A stretch of DNA of 64,000 nt from Myxococcota bacterium (lineage in GTDB: Bacteria > Myxococcota_A > UBA796 > SXON01). Below the pieces are notes generated by a model, which had not been told where the DNA came from, made no database searches, and saw only the letters and a program-made list of their open reading frames with translations. The translations under genes were made by a program, and so were the position numbers. Positions 55,883-64,000 of this stretch are shown piece after piece; position 1 is the stretch's first letter; every line of letters begins with the position of its first letter. The stretch is from contig JAZKFH010000002.1 of NCBI GenBank assembly GCA_040386535.1, positions 219,678-283,677 on the forward strand, given 5' to 3'.

Positions 55883-58197
55883 GACACCCCCAGGATCGCG
55901 CGAAGCACGGGAAGGACGAGCCGGGCGCGCTCGGGGTGGAGCTCTACCGTTGCCGCGGTGGCGACGCGGGCGGCCCCGCCGAAGGATTTGATCTTGAGGC
56001 CCATCCGCGCGCGTTCGGGGACGGTGAAGCTGGAGAAGGCGCGACGGAGCACGGGGAGGAGCGTGGTGAAGCCCTCGTCGTCCAAGCCGGCGAGCCAGCC
56101 GTCGAGCACGCGCCAGAGCTCGTCCAGGTGCAGCAGCAGCGTGGCCCCGCCGAGCAGGAGGCCTTCGACCCACGCGGCGGCGTCGGCGGGCTCGACGGCG
56201 AAGGAGAGGTTTCGGCGCGCGACCCGCTCCAGCGCGTCGTCCGCGAGCACGCGGGTGTCGACGGCGAGGCGCGCCGCGTATCCGCGGACCATCGCGTGGC
56301 CCGCGTCGGCCTCGGCCATGTCCAACAGCAGCGCCAGCCACTCCTCGCGCTGGCCAGGGCGCGCGGCGGTCGCGATGGCGTCGCCGATCTGCTTCATCGC
56401 CTCGGTGCGCGAGGTGGCGGTCGCCGTGTCGATGCCCTGGCACGCGAGCGGGAGCCCGACCAGGACCCGCTCCACGAGCCCGTCGAAGATGGGGAGCACC
56501 GCGTCGACCCTGGTGCCGCGCACGTCGCCGTAGCGGGACACCTGCGCGAGCGGGGGCAGCGCGTTCGCGAGGTACGCCACGTCGGTGGAGGCCGCGGAGA
56601 GCGCCTGGATGCGGTGCAGCACGGGATCGATCGCGCCGTCGAGCTCGGCGAGCAGCGCCCGATCGAGCAGCGGTGCTACGCGATCGAGCCGGTCGGCGGA
56701 CTCCGCGTCGTTCACGAGCCGCGCCTCGGCCGCGCTCTCGACCGTCGCGCCCCAGATGCTCGCCTCCACGATGCGGATGACGAATTCCGGGTCCCAGTCG
56801 AGCGTCCACGCCTCGCGGAAGTTGCCCGCGGTCCGGGCGACCGATTGGGGCGTGCCCCAGGGCACCTCGAGGACGCGGAGCTGGTGGAGCAGCCGGGAGC
56901 GCTTGCGCCCGCCGGGCTCGCGCAGATCGACCTCGATGGAGACCGCGCCGCCCGCCGCGGGCTTGAGGCGGACGGAGGCCTGGCGCTCCTCCAGATCGCG
57001 CTGGATGGGGAGCGTCGGCACCGATGCGGGCACGGCGCCGAGCGCGCTCCCGACGACGAGCGTGTCCCGCACGAGCGCCATCGGGGCGTCGTCTCCGCGG
57101 CAGAGCACGCTGCGCACGGCCTCCTGGAGCTCGCCGAGGCCCACCGCCGGCCGCCCACGCAGCCCCGCGAGCGCCTCCGCGAGCCGCACCGCCTCGATCA
57201 CGCTCGCGCTCGACGCGTCGAGATCCTGACCCCGCAACAGGCGCGCGGCCTCGCTCACCCAGCGAATCGACGCGCGATCGGGGCTGTCCCAGAGGTGGCC
57301 GTACCACGCCGGCGAGCTGACGCCCGCGCCGTAGCCCGTCTCGACCGCGAGGCGCTTGTTGGTCCACGGGACCCAGGTGGCCGCAACCTTGACCTTGGGG
57401 AGGCCCTTCAGCAGCTCGTCGTCGGCCTTCTTGGTGTGAGCCGCGGCGCCGGGCCCTTCCAGCACCGGCGCATGCCACGCGCCGCACACCACCGCGATCC
57501 GCGCGTGGCCGGCCTTCTGGGCCTCGCGGATCGTGCGGCGCATCCACGCCTCGCGGCGGGCCTCGCGCTCCTGTCTGGGCCCGCGCTCGGGCGCCTCCGC
57601 GCGCAGGGCCCGCATCAACTCGAGCACCGCGTCGAACACACCCGTCGCGTCGCGGCGGGACTCGATCTGGGCGTCCCACCAGCCGTCGCGCTCGTCGTAG
57701 CCGGCGGCGAGGGAGAGCAGGCCGAGGGGGTCGCGGCGCAAAGGGTCGAGATCGGTGGGCTCTGACGCGGCGGGATCGTCCTCGTCGGCGGCGGGGTCGA
57801 CCACCGGCGCCGTTTCGACGCCCTCGTCGTCGTCTGTCACCACCGGAGTGGGTTCGGGCGGCGCCTGGACCGGATCCGATGCCCGGAGCTGGAACGTCTG
57901 GGGGAGGTCACAAAAGCGGACGGGGACGCCGCGGCCCACCGCCCACCGGAGCGCGTTCCACTCGGGCGAGAACCGCGCGAGCGGGAAGAAGACGGCGCGC
58001 TTGGGATCGTCGACCGCGTGGACCAGGATCGCGACGGGAGGCACCAGATCGGGGTCGGCCACGAACGGGATGAGCGCGTCCGCGTCGGGCGGGCCTTCGA
58101 CGAGCAGGCAGTCGGGCTCCCACGCGTCGAGCGCCGCCACGAGCGCGCGCGACGACCCGGGGCCGTGGTGCCGGATGCCGAAGACCCGGATGGACAC
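55879..58197 (-). CDS. DUF5682 / YehM-like protein
   Basis: 'FGIRHHGPGS', 'LVEGPPDA', 'FSPEW', 'REAWMRR', 'VVCGAWH', 'TWVPWT..RL..GYGAG'. TAGTG-coupled start. Confidence 0.85.
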   Translation of the reverse strand: MSIRVFGIRHHGPGSSRALVAALDAWEPDCLLVEGPPDADALIPFVADPDLVPPVAILVHAVDDPKRAVFFPLARFSPEWNALRWAVGRGVPVRFCDLPQTFQLRASDPVQAPPEPTPVVTDDDEGVETAPVVDPAADEDDPAASEPTDLDPLRRDPLGLLSLAAGYDERDGWWDAQIESRRDATGVFDAVLELMRALRAEAPERGPRQEREARREAWMRRTIREAQKAGHARIAVVCGAWHAPVLEGPGAAAHTKKADDELLKGLPKVKVAATWVPWTNKRLAVETGYGAGVSSPAWYGHLWDSPDRASIRWVSEAARLLRGQDLDASSASVIEAVRLAEALAGLRGRPAVGLGELQEAVRSVLCRGDDAPMALVRDTLVVGSALGAVPASVPTLPIQRDLEERQASVRLKPAAGGAVSIEVDLREPGGRKRSRLLHQLRVLEVPWGTPQSVARTAGNFREAWTLDWDPEFVIRIVEASIWGATVESAAEARLVNDAESADRLDRVAPLLDRALLAELDGAIDPVLHRIQALSAASTDVAYLANALPPLAQVSRYGDVRGTRVDAVLPIFDGLVERVLVGLPLACQGIDTATATSRTEAMKQIGDAIATAARPGQREEWLALLLDMAEADAGHAMVRGYAARLAVDTRVLADDALERVARRNLSFAVEPADAAAWVEGLLLGGATLLLHLDELWRVLDGWLAGLDDEGFTTLLPVLRRAFSSFTVPERARMGLKIKSFGGAARVATAATVELHPERARLVLPVLRAILGVS

Positions 58198-59330
58198 TAC
58201 GCCACGTCCATGCAGGCGCGGTAAAGGTCGCGCCAGCCCTGGCGCTCCTTCACGACGGTCTTGAGGTATTCGACCCAAACTACCCGATCTTGCACGGGAT
58301 CCTTCACGATCGCGCCGGTGATCGCGGCGGCGAGATCGGCGGCGCGGAGCTGGCCGTCGCCGTAGTAGCCGGCCATCGAGAGGCCGTGGTTCATCACGGA
58401 GATGGCCTCGGCGGTGGAGAGCGAGCCCGACGGCGACTTGAGCTTGGTGCCGCCGTCGAGCGTCTGGCCGTCGCGCAGCTCGCGGAAGATGGTGACGAGG
58501 CGGCGCACCTCCTCGATCGGCGCGCGCTCGACCGGCAGCTGGAGCGTGCGGCCGTACTCGGACACGCGGCGGGTCACGATGTCGACCTCCTCCTCGATGG
58601 TGGCCGGCGTCGGGAGCACGACGATGTTGAAGCGGCGCTGGAGAGCCGAGGAGAGCTCGTTGACGCCACGATCGCGGTTGTTCGCGGTCGCAATGACGTT
58701 GAAGCCGCGCCGCGCCTGCACCTCGGTGTCGAGCTCGGGCACGGGGAGCGTCTTCTCGGAGAGCAGCGTGATGAGCGTGTCCTGCACGTCGGCGCCGATG
58801 CGGGTGAGCTCCTCGATGCGGGCGATCTTGCCCTCCTTCATCGCGCGCATCATCGGCGAGGCCACCATCGCCTTTTCGGAGGGGCCCTCCGACAACAAGC
58901 GGGCGTAGTTCCAGCCGTACCGGAGCGCGCTCTCGTCCGTGCCCGCGGTGCCCTGGATGAGCATCGTGGAGTCGCCCGAGATGGCCGCCGCGAGGTGCTC
59001 GCTGACCCACGACTTGGCCGTGCCCGGCACGCCGAGCAGCAACAGGGCGCGGTCGGTGACGAGCGTGGCGATGGCGATCTCGATGAGGCGCGCGTTGCCG
59101 ATGTACTTGGGGCTCACCTCGAAGCCGGAGGAGAGCCTGCCCCCGAGGAGGTAGGTGCGGACGGCCCAGGGGGAGAGCTTCCAGCTCTGGGGGCGCGGCT
59201 TGTCGTCGACCTCGGCGAGGGCGGCGAGCTCGTCCGCGAAGGCGTCCTCGGCGTGGCGACGGAGGACCTCGGGCCCGCTCGACACGTCGTTACCGTGCGG
59301 CGTTTGCTCGCCCGCGGGGTTTTCGCTCAT
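58197..59330 (-). CDS. MoxR-family AAA+ ATPase (YehL subfamily)
   Basis: Walker A 'GVPGTAKS', 'YGWNYA', Walker B 'RIEELTR', 'ATANNRDRGVNELSSALQRRF'. ATGA-coupled start. Confidence 0.92.
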   Translation of the reverse strand: MSENPAGEQTPHGNDVSSGPEVLRRHAEDAFADELAALAEVDDKPRPQSWKLSPWAVRTYLLGGRLSSGFEVSPKYIGNARLIEIAIATLVTDRALLLLGVPGTAKSWVSEHLAAAISGDSTMLIQGTAGTDESALRYGWNYARLLSEGPSEKAMVASPMMRAMKEGKIARIEELTRIGADVQDTLITLLSEKTLPVPELDTEVQARRGFNVIATANNRDRGVNELSSALQRRFNIVVLPTPATIEEEVDIVTRRVSEYGRTLQLPVERAPIEEVRRLVTIFRELRDGQTLDGGTKLKSPSGSLSTAEAISVMNHGLSMAGYYGDGQLRAADLAAAITGAIVKDPVQDRVVWVEYLKTVVKERQGWRDLYRACMDVA

Positions 59331-60793
59331 GGGGACAGCTCCAGGTACAGGCGGCGGCGCAGGTCGACCGCGACACACATCGGGTCGAGCCAGCTGCGGT
59401 GGGGGTGAAAGGCGGGATCGGCGCGCAGCAGGAGCAGCGCCTCGAAGGCGACGGGCGGGAGCGCGCGGGCGGCGAGCTCGGCGGTGGCGCGGAGCTTCGG
59501 CGGGTCGGACCGGAGCAGCGTGACGAACGCGTGCGCCAGCTCGGCGCTCCAGGGGGTCGGGAGCGCGCCGAGGAGCGCGACGCCATCGGGCTCGCGGAGC
59601 AGGCGGGCCACGCGGCGCTCGGCCTCTTCGGGCGGCAGGGCGCGCACCACGGCGAGCCGATCGGGGCGCAGCGTATCGCCGCCAGGGGGCGCGAACGGGA
59701 AGAGGGCGGCGAGCCACGCAACGTTGCCAGGGGAGTCGCGGCCAGGGAGGTCCCGGGCGAGGAGGGCGCCGCGGAGCAGGCCCGCCAGCATCGGCTCGCG
59801 CCAGTCCCCGCCGTCGAGCAGCGGGAGCACCTCTTGCGGCGTTCTCCCTGGGAAGATCACGGCGGGCGGCACGCGCCCCACGAGCTGGACGAGCCACCAC
59901 GCGCGGGCGCCGACACCCTTGGGGGGCTTCTCGACGATCGCGTCCTTCGCCCACGTCGGATCGAAGATCTCGGGCGGCTCGACGGCGAGCGTGGGGGCGC
60001 CGCCCGTCTTCTCGCTGAGCTGCACGTAGGGAGCGAGCGTGGCGACGGCGCGCGCGGCCAGGGCGGAGCCGGGCAACGCGGCGAGGCGCTCGGCGGCGCG
60101 TTCGCGGACGCCGGCGGAGCGATCGGCGAGGGCGGCGGTGAAGAGCGGCTCATCCTCCGGGCGGGCGGGGCCAAGGGCGTCGAGCATGGCCAGCCGCACG
60201 TCGGGGGCGTCGGTGGCGAGGGCGGCCTGGACGAGGGCAACGGCGTGGTCGGGATCCTGGGCGCGCAGGAGCCCGAGGGCGGCGATCCGTTCGGGGCGCG
60301 TGCCGGTCTCCACGCGGGCGACGAGCGTGGGGAGATCGGGCACGTGGAGGCGGCTGGACCATGTCCGGTTCTGGGCGAGGAGCCAGGCCCCGCGCGCGCC
60401 GACGACGGCATGGATCAGGGCGGGCGGCGCCGCGCTGGCGAGGGCGGCGGGGAGCAGGATCGGCGGCAGGATCTGGCCTCGCGCGGCGACGACACGCATG
60501 GCCTCGATGTCCAGGCCGCTGCCGACGCGGAAGGCCTCGCGGAGCACGGGGACGGCGCTGGCGGGCACGCTCGGGAAGGTCTCCGGCGGCGCGACGTTGG
60601 TCGGGACGGGACGCTGGGCGACGAGGCGCCCGGCACGGCGTTCGAGGGCCCGGGCGCCGGCGCGGAGCAGGAGGGCCTCCGCGGGGGCGAGCGTGGAGAG
60701 GGTGGCGACGAGCGCCTCGGCCTCGCCGACGGGCTCGGGCAGCTCGCCGCCGTTCTGGAGGCCGACGAGGGCGGCGCGGACGAGCGGATCCAC
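59327..60793 (-). CDS. DUF5691-like helical (HEAT-like) repeat protein
   Basis: 'LVRAALVG', 'GARGAWLLAQNRTW', 'DEPLFTAALADRSAGVR..AAERL'. Lies between the SWIM and MoxR genes. Confidence 0.75.
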   Translation of the reverse strand: MDPLVRAALVGLQNGGELPEPVGEAEALVATLSTLAPAEALLLRAGARALERRAGRLVAQRPVPTNVAPPETFPSVPASAVPVLREAFRVGSGLDIEAMRVVAARGQILPPILLPAALASAAPPALIHAVVGARGAWLLAQNRTWSSRLHVPDLPTLVARVETGTRPERIAALGLLRAQDPDHAVALVQAALATDAPDVRLAMLDALGPARPEDEPLFTAALADRSAGVRERAAERLAALPGSALAARAVATLAPYVQLSEKTGGAPTLAVEPPEIFDPTWAKDAIVEKPPKGVGARAWWLVQLVGRVPPAVIFPGRTPQEVLPLLDGGDWREPMLAGLLRGALLARDLPGRDSPGNVAWLAALFPFAPPGGDTLRPDRLAVVRALPPEEAERRVARLLREPDGVALLGALPTPWSAELAHAFVTLLRSDPPKLRATAELAARALPPVAFEALLLLRADPAFHPHRSWLDPMCVAVDLRRRLYLELSP

Positions 60794-62100
60794 TACGCGC
60801 CTCCGTCGTCGGAGCTGGCGCGCAACGGGACCAGCTGATCGCCGTCCCGCACCGAGAGGAGCGTCACGAAGTCGGGGCCCCACTCCACCGCGATGTCGAC
60901 GGGGTGGCCGCCCGAGAGCGCGAGGAGCATCCACATCGCGGTGCCGCCGAGCACGGCGAGCGCGCCCCCCTCGGCGTCGACGAGCCAGAAGCCGGCGCTG
61001 TCCCGCACGGGGACAACATCGCGGAGGATGGCCGCGCGCGAGGAGAGCCAGGGGCGCCGCGCGAGGGCGCCCGCGAGGTCATCGTAGAGGCGCTCGATGC
61101 GATCGGGGCCGCGGAGCGTGGGGGCGCCGGAGGGTTTGCCGGTGCGCTCGACGACCAGCGCGCGCTCGCCCTCTGGGAAGAACGCGAGCGTGCCCGCGAA
61201 CCCCTGCCCCGCCGCCAGCGCCGTCGCGAAGGGCTGGCTCCCTGGCGCGAACTGGAGCACCAACGCGACCGTGCCGGTGTTGGTCCCGACGAGCCACGAG
61301 CGCTGGGACCGCAAGCGGCCGTCGTCCTCCTCCGTCTGGCCGACGATCCACCAGTCGTCCGCCACCCGCTCGCCCGCGCGGAGCACGTCATCCGCCGCGT
61401 ACGGCACCCCCGCGAGGGTGCGCACCTCGATCGCGAGCTCCGGCGGGAGCGTCCCGTGGGCTGCCACGGCGCGCCCGAGGAGCGCCAGGAGCCCCAGCTC
61501 GTCGAGCAGGCGGGCCGGCCAGTCGTCGTTTCCGCCCACGTGTTCGGCCAGCCCGCGCACCCTCCCCGCCAGCCCCGCCGCCTTCGCGTCGACCAGCCGC
61601 GCGGCCTGCCGCTCCCACGGCGTATTCGCCTCGACCGTCGCGAGGCCGTCCCGCACGAGATCCGCGAGCCAGCGCTGCATCGTCGCGACGCCGTCCCCCA
61701 TGCCGTCGAGCCGCTTGACCTGCCGGGCGAGCGCCGCCTCGGCGTCGACGGGGGCGCTCGACACGTCGGCCTTCTTCGCGGCGCGGGTGGTGCGGCCCGC
61801 GATCCACGTCGCCACATCGTCCGGCGGCGTGGCCGCGTTCACCGCGCCCATGGCGTGCAACAGGAGGAGCCCGAGGGCGTGTTTGCACGGGAACTTGCGG
61901 CTCGGGCAGCTGCACTTGCTGGCGTTGTCCGAGAGATCGACGAGCACGGTGTAGACCGCGCTCCCCTGGCACTTGCCCCAGAGCGCGCGGTCGTCATGGC
62001 CCGCCGCGCTCCAATCACGCGGGTTGGCGGCCTTGCGGCCCGCGGCCACGCTCGAGGCGTCCGGAGCGAGCGCGAGGACCTGGTCCGGGGTGAGCGACAC
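60793..62100 (-). CDS. SWIM zinc-finger protein (YehQ-like)
   Basis: 'LAPDASS', 'LWGKCQGS..Y', SWIM 'CSCPSRKFPCKH'. Confidence 0.9.
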   Translation of the reverse strand: MSLTPDQVLALAPDASSVAAGRKAANPRDWSAAGHDDRALWGKCQGSAVYTVLVDLSDNASKCSCPSRKFPCKHALGLLLLHAMGAVNAATPPDDVATWIAGRTTRAAKKADVSSAPVDAEAALARQVKRLDGMGDGVATMQRWLADLVRDGLATVEANTPWERQAARLVDAKAAGLAGRVRGLAEHVGGNDDWPARLLDELGLLALLGRAVAAHGTLPPELAIEVRTLAGVPYAADDVLRAGERVADDWWIVGQTEEDDGRLRSQRSWLVGTNTGTVALVLQFAPGSQPFATALAAGQGFAGTLAFFPEGERALVVERTGKPSGAPTLRGPDRIERLYDDLAGALARRPWLSSRAAILRDVVPVRDSAGFWLVDAEGGALAVLGGTAMWMLLALSGGHPVDIAVEWGPDFVTLLSVRDGDQLVPLRASSDDGGA

Positions 62101-62145
62101 GGGGCCCGAACGTAGCGCGACGCGACCGTCGGGACACGCGGCGGA

Positions 62146-63162
62146 TCAGCGCTTCATGGGCTCGGGGCGCTCTTCTCGGCCGTCCGCGTGCCGCGCGAAG
62201 CGACCGGACTCGCGGCCATGCACCGGGTCGTCCTTGGGCCAGGGCCAGCCGCCGAAGTGGGTGCGGCGGTACTCGGAGAACGCCTCGTGGATCTCGGTCG
62301 GTGTGTTCATCACGAACGGCCCGTGCTGCACCACCGGCTCCCCGATCGGCCGGCCCTGCAGGAGCAGCAGCTCGGCGGGCTGGTCGCCGCTCTCGTTCTC
62401 GAGGAGCACCGGCACGTCGGGGCGGAGCTTGATGCCCGTGGGCGGGGTGACCGGCTGACTGTCGACCTTCACGGTGCCGCCGAGGAACAGGTACAGGTTG
62501 CGGTTGGCGCCGGGGGTGGCGGGCGGCAGCGTCCACTTCCCGCCCGGGTCGAGCTTGATCGCCCAGATCGCCACGTCGGTGTCGGGGCGTGAGGCCCACG
62601 ACGACGGCGGCGGCGAGGGCGGGCGATGGCCCTGAAGCTCGCCCGCCACCACGGTGATCTCGACCCCCTCCCCCTTCACGCGCGGGATGCCCTCGTTCCA
62701 GAGCATCGCGAAGTGGGCCGGCACCATCTTGTCGGCCTTCGGCAGGTTCATCCAGATCTGGAAGAGCTCCATCGGGTTGGGCGCGTCCCGATTCAGGAGC
62801 GGGAACATCTCCGAGTGGGAGACGCCGCGGCCGGCGGTCATCCACTGCGCGTCGCCACTGCCGAACCGCGCGGTGGCCCCGAGGGAGTCGGAGTGGTCGA
62901 TGTAGCCGCTGCGCGCGAGCGTCACGGTCTCGAAGCCACGGTGCGGGTGCTGGGGGAAGCCCGGCACCTGGCGCCCGTGGTACATCCGCCAGCCATCGAT
63001 CCCGGCGAAATCCTGGCCCATGTCACGCCCGGCGAGGGACGCGACAGGGCCGAAGCGCTCGTCCCCCTTGGGGTACGCATCGTCGTGATGCACGCAGAAG
63101 AGGAAGGGATCCTCGGTGTGCCAGACGAAGCCGAGGGGACGAGTCGAGTGGATTGCGCTCAT
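62146..63162 (-). CDS. Pirin family protein
   Basis: 'GFPQHPHRGFETVT', 'HSDSLG', 'QWMTAGRGVSHSE', 'GPFVMNT'. Confidence 0.95.
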   Translation of the reverse strand: MSAIHSTRPLGFVWHTEDPFLFCVHHDDAYPKGDERFGPVASLAGRDMGQDFAGIDGWRMYHGRQVPGFPQHPHRGFETVTLARSGYIDHSDSLGATARFGSGDAQWMTAGRGVSHSEMFPLLNRDAPNPMELFQIWMNLPKADKMVPAHFAMLWNEGIPRVKGEGVEITVVAGELQGHRPPSPPPSSWASRPDTDVAIWAIKLDPGGKWTLPPATPGANRNLYLFLGGTVKVDSQPVTPPTGIKLRPDVPVLLENESGDQPAELLLLQGRPIGEPVVQHGPFVMNTPTEIHEAFSEYRRTHFGGWPWPKDDPVHGRESGRFARHADGREERPEPMKR

Positions 63163-63218
63163 CCGGAGAACGTACCTCCGGACGCGTGCGCGGGCCCTAC
63201 ACGTCCGCCGGGGCGCGT

Positions 63219-63719
63219 CTACTCGAGCTGGCCGGCGTCGGTGATCTCGACCTTCTGGCTCGTGGAGCCGCTGGAGGAGCCGACGGCCTCGACGGCCTTG
63301 ACCACGTTCATCCCCTCGACCACGGAGCCGAAGACGACGTGCTTGCCGTTGAGCCAGTCACACGGGACCGTCGTGATGAAGAACTGCGAGCCGTTGGTGC
63401 CGGGGCCCGCGTTCGCCATGCTCAGCAGGCCGGGCGTGGTGTGCTTGAGCGTGAAGTTCTCGTCCGCGAACTTGGTGCCGTAGATGCTCTTGCCGCCGGT
63501 GCCGTTGTGGTTGGTGAAGTCACCACCCTGGAGCATGAACTGCTTGATGACGCGGTGGAAGATGCTGCCCTTGTAGCCAAAACCCTTCTCGCCCGTGCAG
63601 AGGGCGCGGAAGTTCTCGGCGGTCTTGGGGGTAACGTCGGCGCGCAGCTCCATCACGATGCGGCCGGCGGGGGCGCCACCGATGGAAACGTCGAAGAAAA
63701 CGCGGGGATTGGCGGACAT
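63219..63719 (-). CDS. Cyclophilin-type peptidyl-prolyl cis-trans isomerase
   Basis: '[36 protein letters not shown]', '[15 protein letters not shown]', 'KHVVFG'. ATG 63719. Confidence 0.97.
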   Translation of the reverse strand: MSANPRVFFDVSIGGAPAGRIVMELRADVTPKTAENFRALCTGEKGFGYKGSIFHRVIKQFMLQGGDFTNHNGTGGKSIYGTKFADENFTLKHTTPGLLSMANAGPGTNGSQFFITTVPCDWLNGKHVVFGSVVEGMNVVKAVEAVGSSSGSTSQKVEITDAGQLE

Positions 63720-63794
63720 GGGAGCTCCAGGGCGTCGAGGGAAGCCGCCCATTAACGTGGCCGCGCGGTCGGAGCCCACGGTTTCAGAGCTGGT

Positions 63795-64000
63795 TCACGG
63801 GGCGGGCGGCGCCTCGGGGCCCATGACCTTGGGAGGGGCGTCGGCGGGGGCTTGCGGGGCCGCTTCGGCTGCGGCTTCCGCGGGCGCCGGGGCTTCCGGT
63901 GCGGCCTCAGGCGTGGCGACCGGCACGTCCCGCAGATCCTTCGGGAGGTCCGCGATCCGGGGGGCCTGCTCGCCGAACTTGCGCCCGAGATCCGTGAGGA
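63795..64000 (-). CDS. 3' end of a CDS entering from beyond the window (Pro/Ala-rich tail)
   Basis: Open frame '..LTDLGRKFGEQAPRIADLPKDLRDVPVATPEAAPEAPAP..PEAPPAP*' with TGA at 63795-63797. Confidence 0.6.
   Translation of the reverse strand, partial: LTDLGRKFGEQAPRIADLPKDLRDVPVATPEAAPEAPAPAEAAAEAAPQAPADAPPKVMGPEAPPAP

Overview
High-GC bacterial DNA, probably Myxococcota (inferred from a MYXO-CTERM-like tail, acidic DCDD/FG-GAP surface proteins, sigma-54 promoters and a eukaryote-like cyclophilin). There are about 43 real CDS, mostly on the minus strand. Many long ORFs in the supplied track are GC-rich antisense shadows or over-extended starts, so I re-called starts from stop/start overlaps, RBSs and signal peptides. 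In order, the window holds: two secreted START/SRPBCC proteins with a putative outer-membrane protein; an ACE-like M2 peptidase; a GAF histidine kinase with a sigma-54 promoter; orphan tadG/tadE/tadE; TlpA; an aldehyde dehydrogenase; a twin-arginine, Rieske-containing CrtU/CruE-like desaturase; a GH13 lipoprotein; a 14x FG-GAP adhesin; a TPR-methyltransferase; a DEAD-box helicase; and a split HTTM pair. Next is a sigma-54-driven operon encoding a 1744-aa secreted protein, an alpha-2-macroglobulin lacking the thioester, and PBP1C. Its pbpC has no canonical start codon and begins inside a 28-bp direct repeat. Three regularly spaced palindromes and a truncated HTH/transposase-like remnant border a mosaic accessory segment (44-52 kb) with GT-C proteins, a chimeric junction and a lipoprotein made of six copies of an unrecognised Cys repeat. 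The window ends with a fully coupled SWIM-DUF5691-MoxR-DUF5682-VWA operon extended by a spermidine-synthase-like membrane protein, then pirin and cyclophilin. I found no rRNA, tRNA, CRISPR array or intact IS element. All family calls come from motif recognition by eye, not from database searches.
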